From the IMG/VR virus record IMGVR_UViG_3300025738_000002: a stretch of DNA of 52,836 nt; one strand, given 5' to 3'. Origin of the DNA: a virus. A program made the position numbers and the translations under genes. How positions within the stretch are numbered: position 1 is the stretch's first letter; every line of letters starts with the position of its first letter. Below are positions 33,780 to 42,171 of the stretch, in pieces. The notes beneath the pieces were generated by a model. The model was not told the origin of the DNA. It worked only from the letters and a program-made list of their open reading frames with translations, and made no database searches.

Positions 33780-34361
33780 ATGAAATTTAACCAAGAACAA
33801 GCACAGAAAGCAGGCCAGCAAGGTTTTCAAACTGGTAAGCATATCGGCAAGTTAACAGCTAAGAAAATTATTGCTGGTACAGGCACAAAGGGTGTTCAAT
33901 TCTCTCTATGGCCAACGTCAGAACAGTCTATTGATTACCTGTCAGTTTATTATGAAAAAGCAGATGGTACAGCGATTAAAGGCGGTACAAATATCATCAT
34001 GGCAATCATGGGCCTTCTTAAGCTTAATGAGATTCAGCTAGACAATCTAGGCCACGAACAGCCAGTAGATGAGTTCTTAGGCAAAGAAATAGGCTTCGTT
34101 CTGCAGAAGGTTTTATACACTAAGCAAGACGGCGGCGACGGTTACAAGTTTGATATTAAAATTCCATTTTCTGCACGTACCGGTGCAACGTTTAAAGAGG
34201 CTGTAAACAAAGAGCCAGCGCTTCACGTTGACGAGATTGTTAACGCACTTGAAGACAAAGACGAACGCACACCGACGAACATGGGTGCAGTGTCTAATCA
34301 AGGTTGGAGCCAGCCAGCACCGGCATCATCAAGCAATTTTGATGACGATATTGATTTCTAG
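33780..34361 (+). CDS. SSB-like protein (DUF669-type) with an acidic C-terminal tip
   Basis: Ends in NFDDDIDF, which resembles the bacterial SSB tip DDDIPF. Synteny with the Sak4-like ATPase also fits. Confidence 0.5.
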   Translation: MKFNQEQAQKAGQQGFQTGKHIGKLTAKKIIAGTGTKGVQFSLWPTSEQSIDYLSVYYEKADGTAIKGGTNIIMAIMGLLKLNEIQLDNLGHEQPVDEFLGKEIGFVLQKVLYTKQDGGDGYKFDIKIPFSARTGATFKEAVNKEPALHVDEIVNALEDKDERTPTNMGAVSNQGWSQPAPASSSNFDDDIDF

Positions 34362-34385
34362 CTTTCAGTTATCAAAATAGCATTG

Positions 34386-34410
34386 AGCCTCGTTATTCGG
34401 GGCTTTTTTA
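34386..34410 (+). terminator. Hairpin AGCCTCG/CGGGGCT followed by T6
   Basis: A 7-bp stem (one G-U pair) and T-run. Confidence 0.55.
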
Positions 34411-34421
34411 TGGGAGGGATT

Positions 34422-36092
34422 ATGAAGCTTAGACGCTATCAAGAAGAGATGGTAGAGAAGTCGTTAGAAGCGTTAATGAATCATCAAGGCGTTGCATGTG
34501 TCGCGGCTACAGGTGCCGGTAAAACTTGTGTCCTGTCATACATAGCTGCACAGTTTAGCCGAGTCCTGGTACTTCAACATTTAGACGAACTAAAGCAACA
34601 GAACGCGGAAACATTCGGATGGGTTAACCCTAATCTGGATTATGGTTTCATTGACCCCGACCACAACGACTTCGATAAACCTTACGCTTTCGGCATGATG
34701 CAAACGGTTGTTAACCGACTAGATGATATGACGCATTATGACCTAATCATAATTGACGAATGCCACAGATTAGGCGCGGCCAGTTATGAAAAGATTATCG
34801 AACGGGCCAGAGAAATAAACCCAGAATGCAAAATTTATGGTACGTCAGCAACCATCGAAAGACGCGACCAGAAATCACTATCCAAATATCTAGATGTTGT
34901 CGCTCATCAGGTCCAATTAGATGACTTGATTCGCCAAGGCTATCTTGTGCCACCTCGCGCATTTATCGTCACAGTTGATGGTGTGGCCGCTGCTGCAGAC
35001 GCCAAAGATGATGAACAAGTAGAAGCAATTCTTAACACAGATATTACCAATCAGCGAATCGTTGACGAATGGCGTGACCGGTCATCAGATCGTTTAACCG
35101 TAGCTTTTTGCCAAACGGTAAACCACGCCAAAGACGTTGCCGAAGCATTTAATAAAAACGGTATCCCTGCAACATATGTAAGCGGGGCCATGAAACCACG
35201 CGAACGAAAACGAAGACTTAAAGCCTTCGACCGTGGTGAATATCGAATACTAACAAACGCAACATTACTGACCGAAGGATGGAACTGCCAGCCTGCAGCC
35301 TGCTTGCTATTGTTACGCGCTTCATCAAGCAAGGGCGCGCTTATCCAAATGGCAGGGCGCGTACTTCGTAAAGTGGATATAAATAAATACCCGACCGTAG
35401 TTAAGCATGACGCGCTGATATTAGATTTTGGTGTATCGCTACTTCGTCACGGTAATTTGAACGCTGGCGACCGCCTGACGTTTGATAAAGACGACTACGA
35501 CGCAGAGATTGACGCTGCTTTGCAATGTCCTGCGTGTGGTTCAGCGATAGAGCCATCAGTTAAGCAATGCCCGCAATGCTTATACGTTATCGAGAAAGAC
35601 GCCCAAGGCCGAATTATTGACAACGGCAAGAGCCAATTAACTAACTTCACCATGACCGAAAAAGAGATTTTCGCGCTGGCCCGTTTCAGTTACGAATCAT
35701 TTAGACGCGGCGACATTCTAGTTTCTCATGGCTGGGACGCATGGGTTCTTGTTTACCGTAAAGGTGATGTGTTCTACACGGTAGGCGCAAAGAAAAAATG
35801 TAAGCACCGGTTGCTTGGTTGCACACCGAACAAAGTTGAAGCGTTAGCCACTGCAGATGATTTTGTATCTCAACATGGACAACCAGACCTAGCAGGTAAA
35901 CAGCGTCAATGGTTACGCGAACACGCCACCGAAGCGCAATTACTTCGCTTACCGGAAGAATACCACTTCATGCGAATTAGCAAACACCAAGCCAGTTGCT
36001 TAATGGTCCTTACCAATGAAGCGCGATGGGAGAAAATCGAAAATGAGATCGAAAGTCACTATCAAAAAGTCGGACGACTTAATGCCGAATAA
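34422..36092 (+). CDS. SF2 DEAD/DEAH-type helicase with a C-terminal zinc ribbon
   Basis: Motifs ATGAGKT, DECH and a C-terminal helicase-domain pattern, plus CPACGS...CPQC. ATG 34422 follows the RBS GGGAGGG. Confidence 0.8.
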   Translation: MKLRRYQEEMVEKSLEALMNHQGVACVAATGAGKTCVLSYIAAQFSRVLVLQHLDELKQQNAETFGWVNPNLDYGFIDPDHNDFDKPYAFGMMQTVVNRLDDMTHYDLIIIDECHRLGAASYEKIIERAREINPECKIYGTSATIERRDQKSLSKYLDVVAHQVQLDDLIRQGYLVPPRAFIVTVDGVAAAADAKDDEQVEAILNTDITNQRIVDEWRDRSSDRLTVAFCQTVNHAKDVAEAFNKNGIPATYVSGAMKPRERKRRLKAFDRGEYRILTNATLLTEGWNCQPAACLLLLRASSSKGALIQMAGRVLRKVDINKYPTVVKHDALILDFGVSLLRHGNLNAGDRLTFDKDDYDAEIDAALQCPACGSAIEPSVKQCPQCLYVIEKDAQGRIIDNGKSQLTNFTMTEKEIFALARFSYESFRRGDILVSHGWDAWVLVYRKGDVFYTVGAKKKCKHRLLGCTPNKVEALATADDFVSQHGQPDLAGKQRQWLREHATEAQLLRLPEEYHFMRISKHQASCLMVLTNEARWEKIENEIESHYQKVGRLNAE

Positions 36093-36324
36093 AAAGCACA
36101 TGGATACTTACGAAAAGAAAGTCGAAATACAGAGCATGACTGATGATATTAAGCGCGAGATAGGGGCGGATAGACTAAATATTTATATCACCCACAGCGG
36201 CATTAAATTCATTATGACTAAAGAAAAGCACTATCGAAAACTTACTTTAGAAAATGATTACATCAGCAAATATAAGCTTCAATGCTTAGTCAGTGAAATT
36301 AAAACTACGTTGGTGATCTCATGA
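36082..36324 (+). CDS. Hypothetical protein (start uncertain)
   Basis: Overlaps the helicase 3-prime end. I recognise no domain. Confidence 0.4.
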   Translation: MPNKKHMDTYEKKVEIQSMTDDIKREIGADRLNIYITHSGIKFIMTKEKHYRKLTLENDYISKYKLQCLVSEIKTTLVIS

Positions 36325-36959
36325 TTGTTCATACAACGTTAGTTCAAGGGTCTGATGAGTGGCTTAAAATACGCCTAGGTAAAATCACCGGCTCAATGGT
36401 TCATAACATTATGAGCAATGGCCGAGGTGGTAAGCCATCGGCCATGACGCAAAGCTACATGATGCAGCTTATTGCTGACAAGCTGACAGGGAAGCCACCG
36501 GAGCAATTCAAGTCAAAAGAAATGCAGTGGGGCAACGATTACGAAGATGAAGCCCGCGAACGGTACAAATTTGAATCAGGAAATGATGTGACCGAAATCG
36601 GATTTTACGAGCTGAATGATTATGTTGGCTATAGCCCAGATGGGGTTATATCAGATGATGGCCTGTTAGAAATCAAGTGTCCAAAATCCACAACTCAGGT
36701 AAATCGATTCTTTAATAGCCTTGTTAGCGGTAACAACGTAGCAGATGAGTACAAGCCACAAATCCAGTTCGGTTTGATGGTAACATCGCGAAAGTTTTGC
36801 GACTTCGTTTCGTATGATCCACGCTTACCAGAAAAGACCGGATACTTAGTAAATCGCGTCTATCGTGACGAAGAATACATACAAGATATGCAGGCAAGAA
36901 TAATTAAATTCACAGAAAAAATGAAAGGGTTGGTACAGCTAGCGAACGTCGAACAATAA
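36321..36959 (+). CDS. YqaJ-type (lambda Exo-like) recombination exonuclease
   Basis: GSDEWLKIRLGKITGSMVHNI and LEIKCPKS (the E-x-K of the PD-(D/E)XK motif). Confidence 0.8.
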   Translation: MIVHTTLVQGSDEWLKIRLGKITGSMVHNIMSNGRGGKPSAMTQSYMMQLIADKLTGKPPEQFKSKEMQWGNDYEDEARERYKFESGNDVTEIGFYELNDYVGYSPDGVISDDGLLEIKCPKSTTQVNRFFNSLVSGNNVADEYKPQIQFGLMVTSRKFCDFVSYDPRLPEKTGYLVNRVYRDEEYIQDMQARIIKFTEKMKGLVQLANVEQ

Positions 36960-36988
36960 TACACACCATCTATTACGGATAAACTCAC

Positions 36989-39856
36989 ATGGACATGTCA
37001 TCAAACAGGTACGTTATTGCAAAGGGCTTAGACAGGCTCAACATGTCCGGTGTTACACTCCGTTGCAATGATGCAACCAATGATCGCCGGACTGATTTGT
37101 CGGGGCAGTATCTCGCCCGTGAGATATTTACTCTTTCTTTCGGAAAGTGTGGTGAAGAGTGGATTTTCACCGATGGCAAGCGAACCATGCTCGATGCGGC
37201 GTACAAAACACATCAAGATACCTCACCAAGATTTACACCTATTGGGTGTCATTTTCAGCAAGCCGGTTCATATAATAAATTTATTATCACCGGAGGATTT
37301 GCGGATGGTGTGACCGTTTGGAATGCTCTTGGATGCCCTGATGATATCTGTGTATTGGCCATTGTCGGTGAGAAAAACGCGCCGAATTTGGTTAAGCAAT
37401 TGAAGCAAATAAGGCCAAATTCAAGCGTGACAGTTGCCTTAGATAACGACTCAAAATCACGAACCGGACAGCGCGTTTGCATGGAATCTGCGACCCGATG
37501 GGTTGTGCCTTCCGGCCCTGGTGATTGGAGTGATATTTTTTTAAAAAGTGGTTTAAAATCAGTAGCTAAGGAGATCGACCATGTGCGTGAACCGCTTCCT
37601 GACTTCAATATGTGGCAAATTAAGCCGCTAGAAAGTGATGATGGCCGCAACAAAAAGAAGATGATTGAACTGCTGTCAGCACTATCACCCGATGACCCTT
37701 TTATGATTGCCCGAACTGCCATAACCCTGCTGACTAGATGCCAGTCAGATATCTTTACAGTGCATGGTGGTGAGCGCCAGTTTTTTAACTGGTTGGTCTG
37801 CCTGAATCCGTTTATGTCGATGGAAACATACGAGTCATTAAAGCGTCGTATCGAGATAGTTAGCCGTGACATAGCACGAAGCGCAAAAGAACAAATCAGC
37901 ATAAGCAAAGAGGCATCAAGCCGTCACAACCATACCAAATATAAAAACATATCAGGGGCCGTTAATTCAGCTCTTAATCACTTTGGCCTAACAATGGTTA
38001 AGGCACCTCATGCCGGTGGTAAAACTTCCGTGTTGGGCATTCCGTTTTTTAACGAGGCTAAAGCGCGTGGTGAATATATAACAGTTCTTGCACACCTTAG
38101 AACGCTGGTTGCTGACCTAGTTAATAAGTTCAAAACTAACCATTACGATGATGTGAAAGAAGAATCTATAATACTTGGTTTACAGCTTACCGAGCATACA
38201 AACAAGTACACAGAGATAGCCACTTGCCTACCATCAATCGTTAAGGCCATCGAGAAATTAGTAGACAGAACACAGGTACTAATCATCGATGAGGTTAGCC
38301 AAGTTATTCGAATGGTCACGGCTAGGCTAGGCGGAATGAATAACATTGCCGTGTATGAAAAGCTTAAACAGATTATTCGAAACGCTGCCTCAGTTCTTGT
38401 TCTAGACGCTGACTTGGACACGGCAACGCTTGAATTTTTAGAGCAGTGCAGACCTAACGAGCGATTTAATATTATCTCAGTGGCCAACCCTACGCCGCTT
38501 GAATCTGGCCTGTCATGCGACTGGTTCTATGGGAATGGTTATGGTGATTATGTAGCGAACAGCATTAAAACATCACTGGAAAACGGACAGCGCTCGATCA
38601 TAGCTTGTGACTGGTGTAGCACCTCTGAAAAGCTTCACAGCATGTTATCTAACGAATACCCCGATAAATGCTTTCTACTCGTAACGAGTAAGACCACTGA
38701 CAAGCCATACAAACCAGCATCTAAATTCATGGCTGACGCTAACAACGAAGCAGCTAAATACGATTGCATCATTCACAGCCCATCAATCCGATCAGGTCTG
38801 TCGATTACCGATATTAAATTCGATATCGGATTTGCACTGTTTGGCGGTAGTTCGATTATTCCACAAGATTGTATACAAATGTTAAGGCGGGCAAGGATGG
38901 TTAAGCACTGGATCATAGGTGTTGCAGAAACATATAGCGCACTGCTAGATGATGAGTGGTTGCTCAACGAACAGCAAAAGATATTAGGCGCTGAATCAAA
39001 ATCGAATTACGGCGTGATGGCCAGCGCCCACGACTTCGACCGAATCAAAAACAAAATCGAGTCGAAGGAGTCACGCGCCAAGAATAATTTCTCTGCGTAC
39101 CTGTACGTGATGCTAGGTGTATATGGAATCAAAGTGAATATGATTGATGTATCCAAGGTTGACCAAGCCGATTGCTTCGAGCAGTTCAGCAAAGAATATA
39201 ACGAAGAATTCAAGGCCGCAATTATCGCCGCTGATATGCCAACCGATGACGAATACGAACGGCTTACAGATTTAGGCAATCCAACGCTGGTCGATGATGC
39301 TGCCATCGCCTGTTACATCATTTGCAAATCATGCGGCATTGAATCGGTTTGTGATGACTGGTTATCATTTTATCGTGATCGCGGTGTGGTTAGAGCTAAA
39401 CGAATGATGTGGTCGAAGTACTTAGTCGAACTATCCGAAGACGATAGTGAAGCCTCAAGCCTTCACAGTTTTAATAAAGTCCGTGGCGCAGAAGTTAAAA
39501 AGATGATGGTCGTTATAGATTACCGATATCAAGACGATTACGAACTAACCGAGCGTAACGCAGAAAGACTCATCGAACACATGTGGGAACGTAAAGACCG
39601 TTTAATATTTCTTGGCCTGTTATCGCCACAATATTCGACCAAGCGATACGAGACTAAATCAGTTGAAAAGCCACGACCAAAGAAGCCAATTAAATTCTCT
39701 AAAGATACGTTGTTAAGGTTCGGCGTGATGACGAATACAAAACGACGCAGAACCGGAGGCGATGAAGCGCGACCATATTTACTAACTAACCACGAAAAGC
39801 AAAGCATGATCGACCACGTTGTTGAGCATCAATTCAGGCACCTAAATAATCATTAA
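36989..39856 (+). CDS. Toprim-domain primase fused to a P-loop NTPase (replicative primase/helicase or origin-binding protein)
   Basis: Toprim-like GEKNAP...VALDNDSKSRTGQR, Walker A APHAGGKTS and Walker B LIIDEVSQ. Confidence 0.6.
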   Translation: MDMSSNRYVIAKGLDRLNMSGVTLRCNDATNDRRTDLSGQYLAREIFTLSFGKCGEEWIFTDGKRTMLDAAYKTHQDTSPRFTPIGCHFQQAGSYNKFIITGGFADGVTVWNALGCPDDICVLAIVGEKNAPNLVKQLKQIRPNSSVTVALDNDSKSRTGQRVCMESATRWVVPSGPGDWSDIFLKSGLKSVAKEIDHVREPLPDFNMWQIKPLESDDGRNKKKMIELLSALSPDDPFMIARTAITLLTRCQSDIFTVHGGERQFFNWLVCLNPFMSMETYESLKRRIEIVSRDIARSAKEQISISKEASSRHNHTKYKNISGAVNSALNHFGLTMVKAPHAGGKTSVLGIPFFNEAKARGEYITVLAHLRTLVADLVNKFKTNHYDDVKEESIILGLQLTEHTNKYTEIATCLPSIVKAIEKLVDRTQVLIIDEVSQVIRMVTARLGGMNNIAVYEKLKQIIRNAASVLVLDADLDTATLEFLEQCRPNERFNIISVANPTPLESGLSCDWFYGNGYGDYVANSIKTSLENGQRSIIACDWCSTSEKLHSMLSNEYPDKCFLLVTSKTTDKPYKPASKFMADANNEAAKYDCIIHSPSIRSGLSITDIKFDIGFALFGGSSIIPQDCIQMLRRARMVKHWIIGVAETYSALLDDEWLLNEQQKILGAESKSNYGVMASAHDFDRIKNKIESKESRAKNNFSAYLYVMLGVYGIKVNMIDVSKVDQADCFEQFSKEYNEEFKAAIIAADMPTDDEYERLTDLGNPTLVDDAAIACYIICKSCGIESVCDDWLSFYRDRGVVRAKRMMWSKYLVELSEDDSEASSLHSFNKVRGAEVKKMMVVIDYRYQDDYELTERNAERLIEHMWERKDRLIFLGLLSPQYSTKRYETKSVEKPRPKKPIKFSKDTLLRFGVMTNTKRRRTGGDEARPYLLTNHEKQSMIDHVVEHQFRHLNNH

Positions 39857-39858
39857 AC

Positions 39859-39906
39859 GTGCAGAATGGTATGCATACTATATACAGAATATGCACCATT
39901 CTGCAC
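39859..39906 (+). promoter_or_regulatory. Long hairpin (12-bp perfect GTGCAGAATGGT/ACCATTCTGCAC plus an inner 5-bp stem) abutting the RBS of the next gene
   Basis: Read directly. There is no T-run, and GGAAGGAGG follows immediately. Confidence 0.6.
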
Positions 39907-39922
39907 GGAAGGAGGACATATT

Positions 39923-40264
39923 ATGTCGGGACTAGAAGCTCGAATACAGGCAGATATCATCAACTTTTTGATACGCGATAATCGTATCGGCTGGGTGCAT
40001 CGATGCAACACAGGTAAAGCGTTAGTTAATGGCCGTATGGTCGAATTCGGATTAGGCAAAGGGACGGCTGATATTATTGGCATGACCTCAAGCGGTAATT
40101 TTTTAGCTATCGAAGTTAAAACCCCGACAGGCCGAGTTAGTGAACATCAGCGACTATGGCTAAAACGTGTTGCATTGCATGGCGGTCTTTCTGCAGTGGT
40201 TCGCAGTGTGGATGATGTTCGTAATGCTCTAAATTCAGGTTGTGGGGTCGCTCATGGACTTTGA
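39923..40264 (+). CDS. VRR-NUC domain nuclease
   Basis: GTADIIGM...LAIEVKTPTGRVSEHQRLW matches the VRR-NUC (PD-(D/E)XK) core. ATG 39923 follows GGAAGGAGG. Confidence 0.75.
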   Translation: MSGLEARIQADIINFLIRDNRIGWVHRCNTGKALVNGRMVEFGLGKGTADIIGMTSSGNFLAIEVKTPTGRVSEHQRLWLKRVALHGGLSAVVRSVDDVRNALNSGCGVAHGL

Positions 40265-40616
40265 GGGGCAGTTAGACTTATTTGCTTACTGGTTACGAAA
40301 TGATAAATGCATCTCAAGTCGTGAGGTAAGCGGACTAAACCAAGGCTACCAAGTCCAAGCCGGTGAGAACAAAGGTGCTAAGAAATCTGGTACTGATGGT
40401 GCTTACCTATCCGCACACTTAAAATACATTAACCGAATATATTTAACGCTGACAGTTAAGCAGCGGGCGGTTTTTGATATTGAATACGGGGTTGCAAATG
40501 ACCAGCCATGTCATAACCAGCTCGAACGCGCTGACCATCTTGGCCTGTCGATCATGGCATATAAAAAACGCCTCCGTAATTGCAGGATCACATTTAGAGA
40601 TCAGTTATCAAAATAA
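40254..40616 (+). CDS. Putative HTH transcription regulator (sigma-70 region-4-like)
   Basis: LTVKQRAVFDIEYGV...ERADHLGLSIMAYKKRLRNCRITFRDQL resembles a region-4 / LuxR-type HTH. Confidence 0.4.
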   Translation: MDFEGQLDLFAYWLRNDKCISSREVSGLNQGYQVQAGENKGAKKSGTDGAYLSAHLKYINRIYLTLTVKQRAVFDIEYGVANDQPCHNQLERADHLGLSIMAYKKRLRNCRITFRDQLSK

Positions 40617-40659
40617 CAATTGACGATATAGGGTATCTTGTTTACTATAAATGCTTATT

Positions 40660-40740
40660 GTCGGTGTAGCTCAGTTGGTAGAGCGTGAGGGTTTTTAATA
40701 GTCTCCCTTAAGGTCGTTTGTTCAATTCAAATCACCGGCG
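40660..40740 (+). tRNA. tRNA-like gene with canonical acceptor, D and T arms but a 13-15-nt anticodon loop (contains the Lys-UUU-type loop TTTTTAA plus an insertion)
   Basis: Hand fold: GTCGGTG/CACCGGC acceptor, GCTC-AGTTGGTA-GAGC D arm, TGAGG/CCTTA anticodon stem, loop GTTTTTAATAGTCTC, variable AGGTC, and GTTTG-TTCAATT-CAAAT T arm. No CCA is encoded. Confidence 0.55.
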
Positions 40741-40745
40741 CAAAA

Positions 40746-40830
40746 TATTTTTATGGTGTCACTGATTTTTAAATCGAATGTTTCCTGACTTCTTGTATTT
40801 ATTGAGCCTGTCAGTGACACCATAAAAATA
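40746..40830 (+). ncRNA. 20-bp perfect inverted repeat (TATTTTTATGGTGTCACTGA / TCAGTGACACCATAAAAATA) around a 45-nt loop
   Basis: The arms at 40746-40765 and 40811-40830 are exact reverse complements. Confidence 0.5.
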
Positions 40831-40839
40831 ACTAACAAT

Positions 40840-40886
40840 GGGATAACGCACTGGTTTCATGTCCGGTGGAAAAGGTTATCCCGCCA
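40840..40886 (+). ncRNA. CCA-terminated mini-helix A (47 nt): 8-bp terminal stem, internal hairpin, GAAAAG, then GCCA
   Basis: GGGATAAC...GTTATCCC-GCCA. The inner stem CACTGG/CCGGTG carries the loop TTTCATGT. Confidence 0.45.
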
Positions 40887-40892
40887 AATTAT

Positions 40893-40959
40893 GGGACAGT
40901 TTCAGAGTTCGATCTGATCGTTTCGCTCTGTTTATCCGCTGCGTGGAGCTGTCCCGCCA
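40893..40959 (+). ncRNA. CCA-terminated tRNA-like element B (67 nt)
   Basis: GGGACAG...CTGTCCC-GCCA. It contains a T-arm-like TCAGA-GTTCGA-TCTGA but I could not fold a canonical cloverleaf. Confidence 0.4.
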
Positions 40960-40965
40960 GATTGT

Positions 40966-41055
40966 AGAGAATTGGCCGAGTGGCTTATGGTAGCCCCTTG
41001 CTAAGGGGCCGGTGATTAAAATTACCCGTGGGTTCGAATCCTACATTCTCTGCCA
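40966..41055 (+). tRNA. tRNA-Ser (anticodon GCT), class II with a long variable arm, CCA encoded
   Basis: Hand fold: AGAGAAT/ATTCTCT acceptor, GCCCC-TTGCTAA-GGGGC anticodon arm, variable arm GGTGAT-TAAA-ATTACC, T loop TTCGAAT, then G-CCA. Confidence 0.85.
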
Positions 41056-41061
41056 AATTAT

Positions 41062-41117
41062 GCATTCCCCTAAATCCACCAAGATTGTCGTGATGAAAAG
41101 CGGCGGGGAGTGCGCCA
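41062..41117 (+). ncRNA. CCA-terminated mini-helix C (56 nt)
   Basis: GCATTCCCC...GGGGAGTGC-GCCA. A GAAAAG motif precedes the 3-prime strand, as in element A. Confidence 0.4.
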
Positions 41118-41121
41118 CATT

Positions 41122-41197
41122 GGGCCTGTAACTCAGGGGTTAGAGTGTTCGACTCATAATCGAAGCGTCGCTAGTTCAAATCTAGCTAGGCCCACCA
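41122..41197 (+). tRNA. tRNA-Met (anticodon CAT; elongator Met, or Ile2 if lysidinylated), CCA encoded
   Basis: A perfect 76-nt cloverleaf by hand: GGGCCTG/TAGGCCC, ACTC-AGGGGTTA-GAGT, TTCGA-CTCATAA-TCGAA, GCGTC, GCTAG-TTCAAAT-CTAGC, then A-CCA. Confidence 0.9.
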
Positions 41198-41205
41198 AGA
41201 TATCA

Positions 41206-41264
41206 AACGGGTAGCAATCAGTTGATAGGTTCATTCAGTCGTACCGATTTCACTGCTACCCGTT
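41206..41264 (+). ncRNA. Hairpin element D (11-bp stem AACGGGTAGCA/TGCTACCCGTT, 37-nt loop, no CCA)
   Basis: Read directly. It closes the tRNA array. Confidence 0.4.
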
Positions 41265-41382
41265 AGATATATCCAAGGTAAGCCGATGTAGTTGGTTTAT
41301 CAGGTGCTAATAGAATCATCTTAAATTGTGGTGCTTTTTATTATACGTTCTATTAGCATCTGATAAATTAATTAGGTATGTC

Positions 41383-41742
41383 ATGACTAAAAAATGTAGC
41401 TCTTGTGGGGTCGTTAAGCCAAGAATTGAATTCTATAAGAACAAACAACGTTATGACGGCCTGCAGAATAATTGCATACCTTGCTCTAAGATTGCCGCTA
41501 GAGTAAACAGGGCTAAAAACCCTGATATCGGCAAGCCAAAAACCATAACGACTAAGGCCCAGCGCCTAGAGTATCAGCGAGAATATCAGCGCAAAAGACG
41601 CGCAAGCATTCCAAAAAAACCACGCGTTAATGCAGTTTCAACAGATAAATATTATTTGAAATATCTTGAGGCTGACAGAAAGTTATTAACTCATAGCCAA
41701 CTGTACCGGAAAATACTAATGATGATGCCAGTTACATGTTAA
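41383..41742 (+). CDS. Zinc-ribbon basic protein, paralogue 1
   Basis: CSSCGVVKPRIEFYKNKQRYDGLQNNCIPC. Same C-x2-C...DGLQN.C..C motif as the next gene. Confidence 0.55.
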   Translation: MTKKCSSCGVVKPRIEFYKNKQRYDGLQNNCIPCSKIAARVNRAKNPDIGKPKTITTKAQRLEYQREYQRKRRASIPKKPRVNAVSTDKYYLKYLEADRKLLTHSQLYRKILMMMPVTC

Positions 41743-42113
41743 AGCGATGCAATAAATGCGAAGAGTTTAAGCCGCGTTATGAATTCAGTAAACGGGCCAT
41801 GACTAAAGGCGATGGCCTGCAGAATAGATGCAAATCATGCGCCGCTGCATATCACGCTAACCGCTTAAGTTTAGGTATTAAAAATAAGCGCGCTAAGGTC
41901 AGCGTCGAAGCATCCAAGCGGTACAGAATAAAGAACGCTGAGAAAATAGCTGAGTATCAACGCGCCTACCAAGCACGGAAGAAAAAGCCAGAAATCAAGC
42001 CTGATGACAACGATTACCACTACAACAAAGTTGAAACCAAGCAGAATAAAGAAGACAGGCTGTATCGCTCTGTTATTTTTGGTATGCCTTCAATCCCTGT
42101 GTCCGGTTCGTGA
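41736..42113 (+). CDS. Zinc-ribbon basic protein, paralogue 2
   Basis: CNKCEEFKPRYEFSKRAMTKGDGLQNRCKSC. Both paralogues also share an EYQR.YQ.+++ basic tail. Confidence 0.55.
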   Translation: MLKRCNKCEEFKPRYEFSKRAMTKGDGLQNRCKSCAAAYHANRLSLGIKNKRAKVSVEASKRYRIKNAEKIAEYQRAYQARKKKPEIKPDDNDYHYNKVETKQNKEDRLYRSVIFGMPSIPVSGS

Positions 42114-42171
42114 CATATACTGAGAACAGTTATTGTTACCATGACGAATTTACAGTCAGGGGATAATTAGC

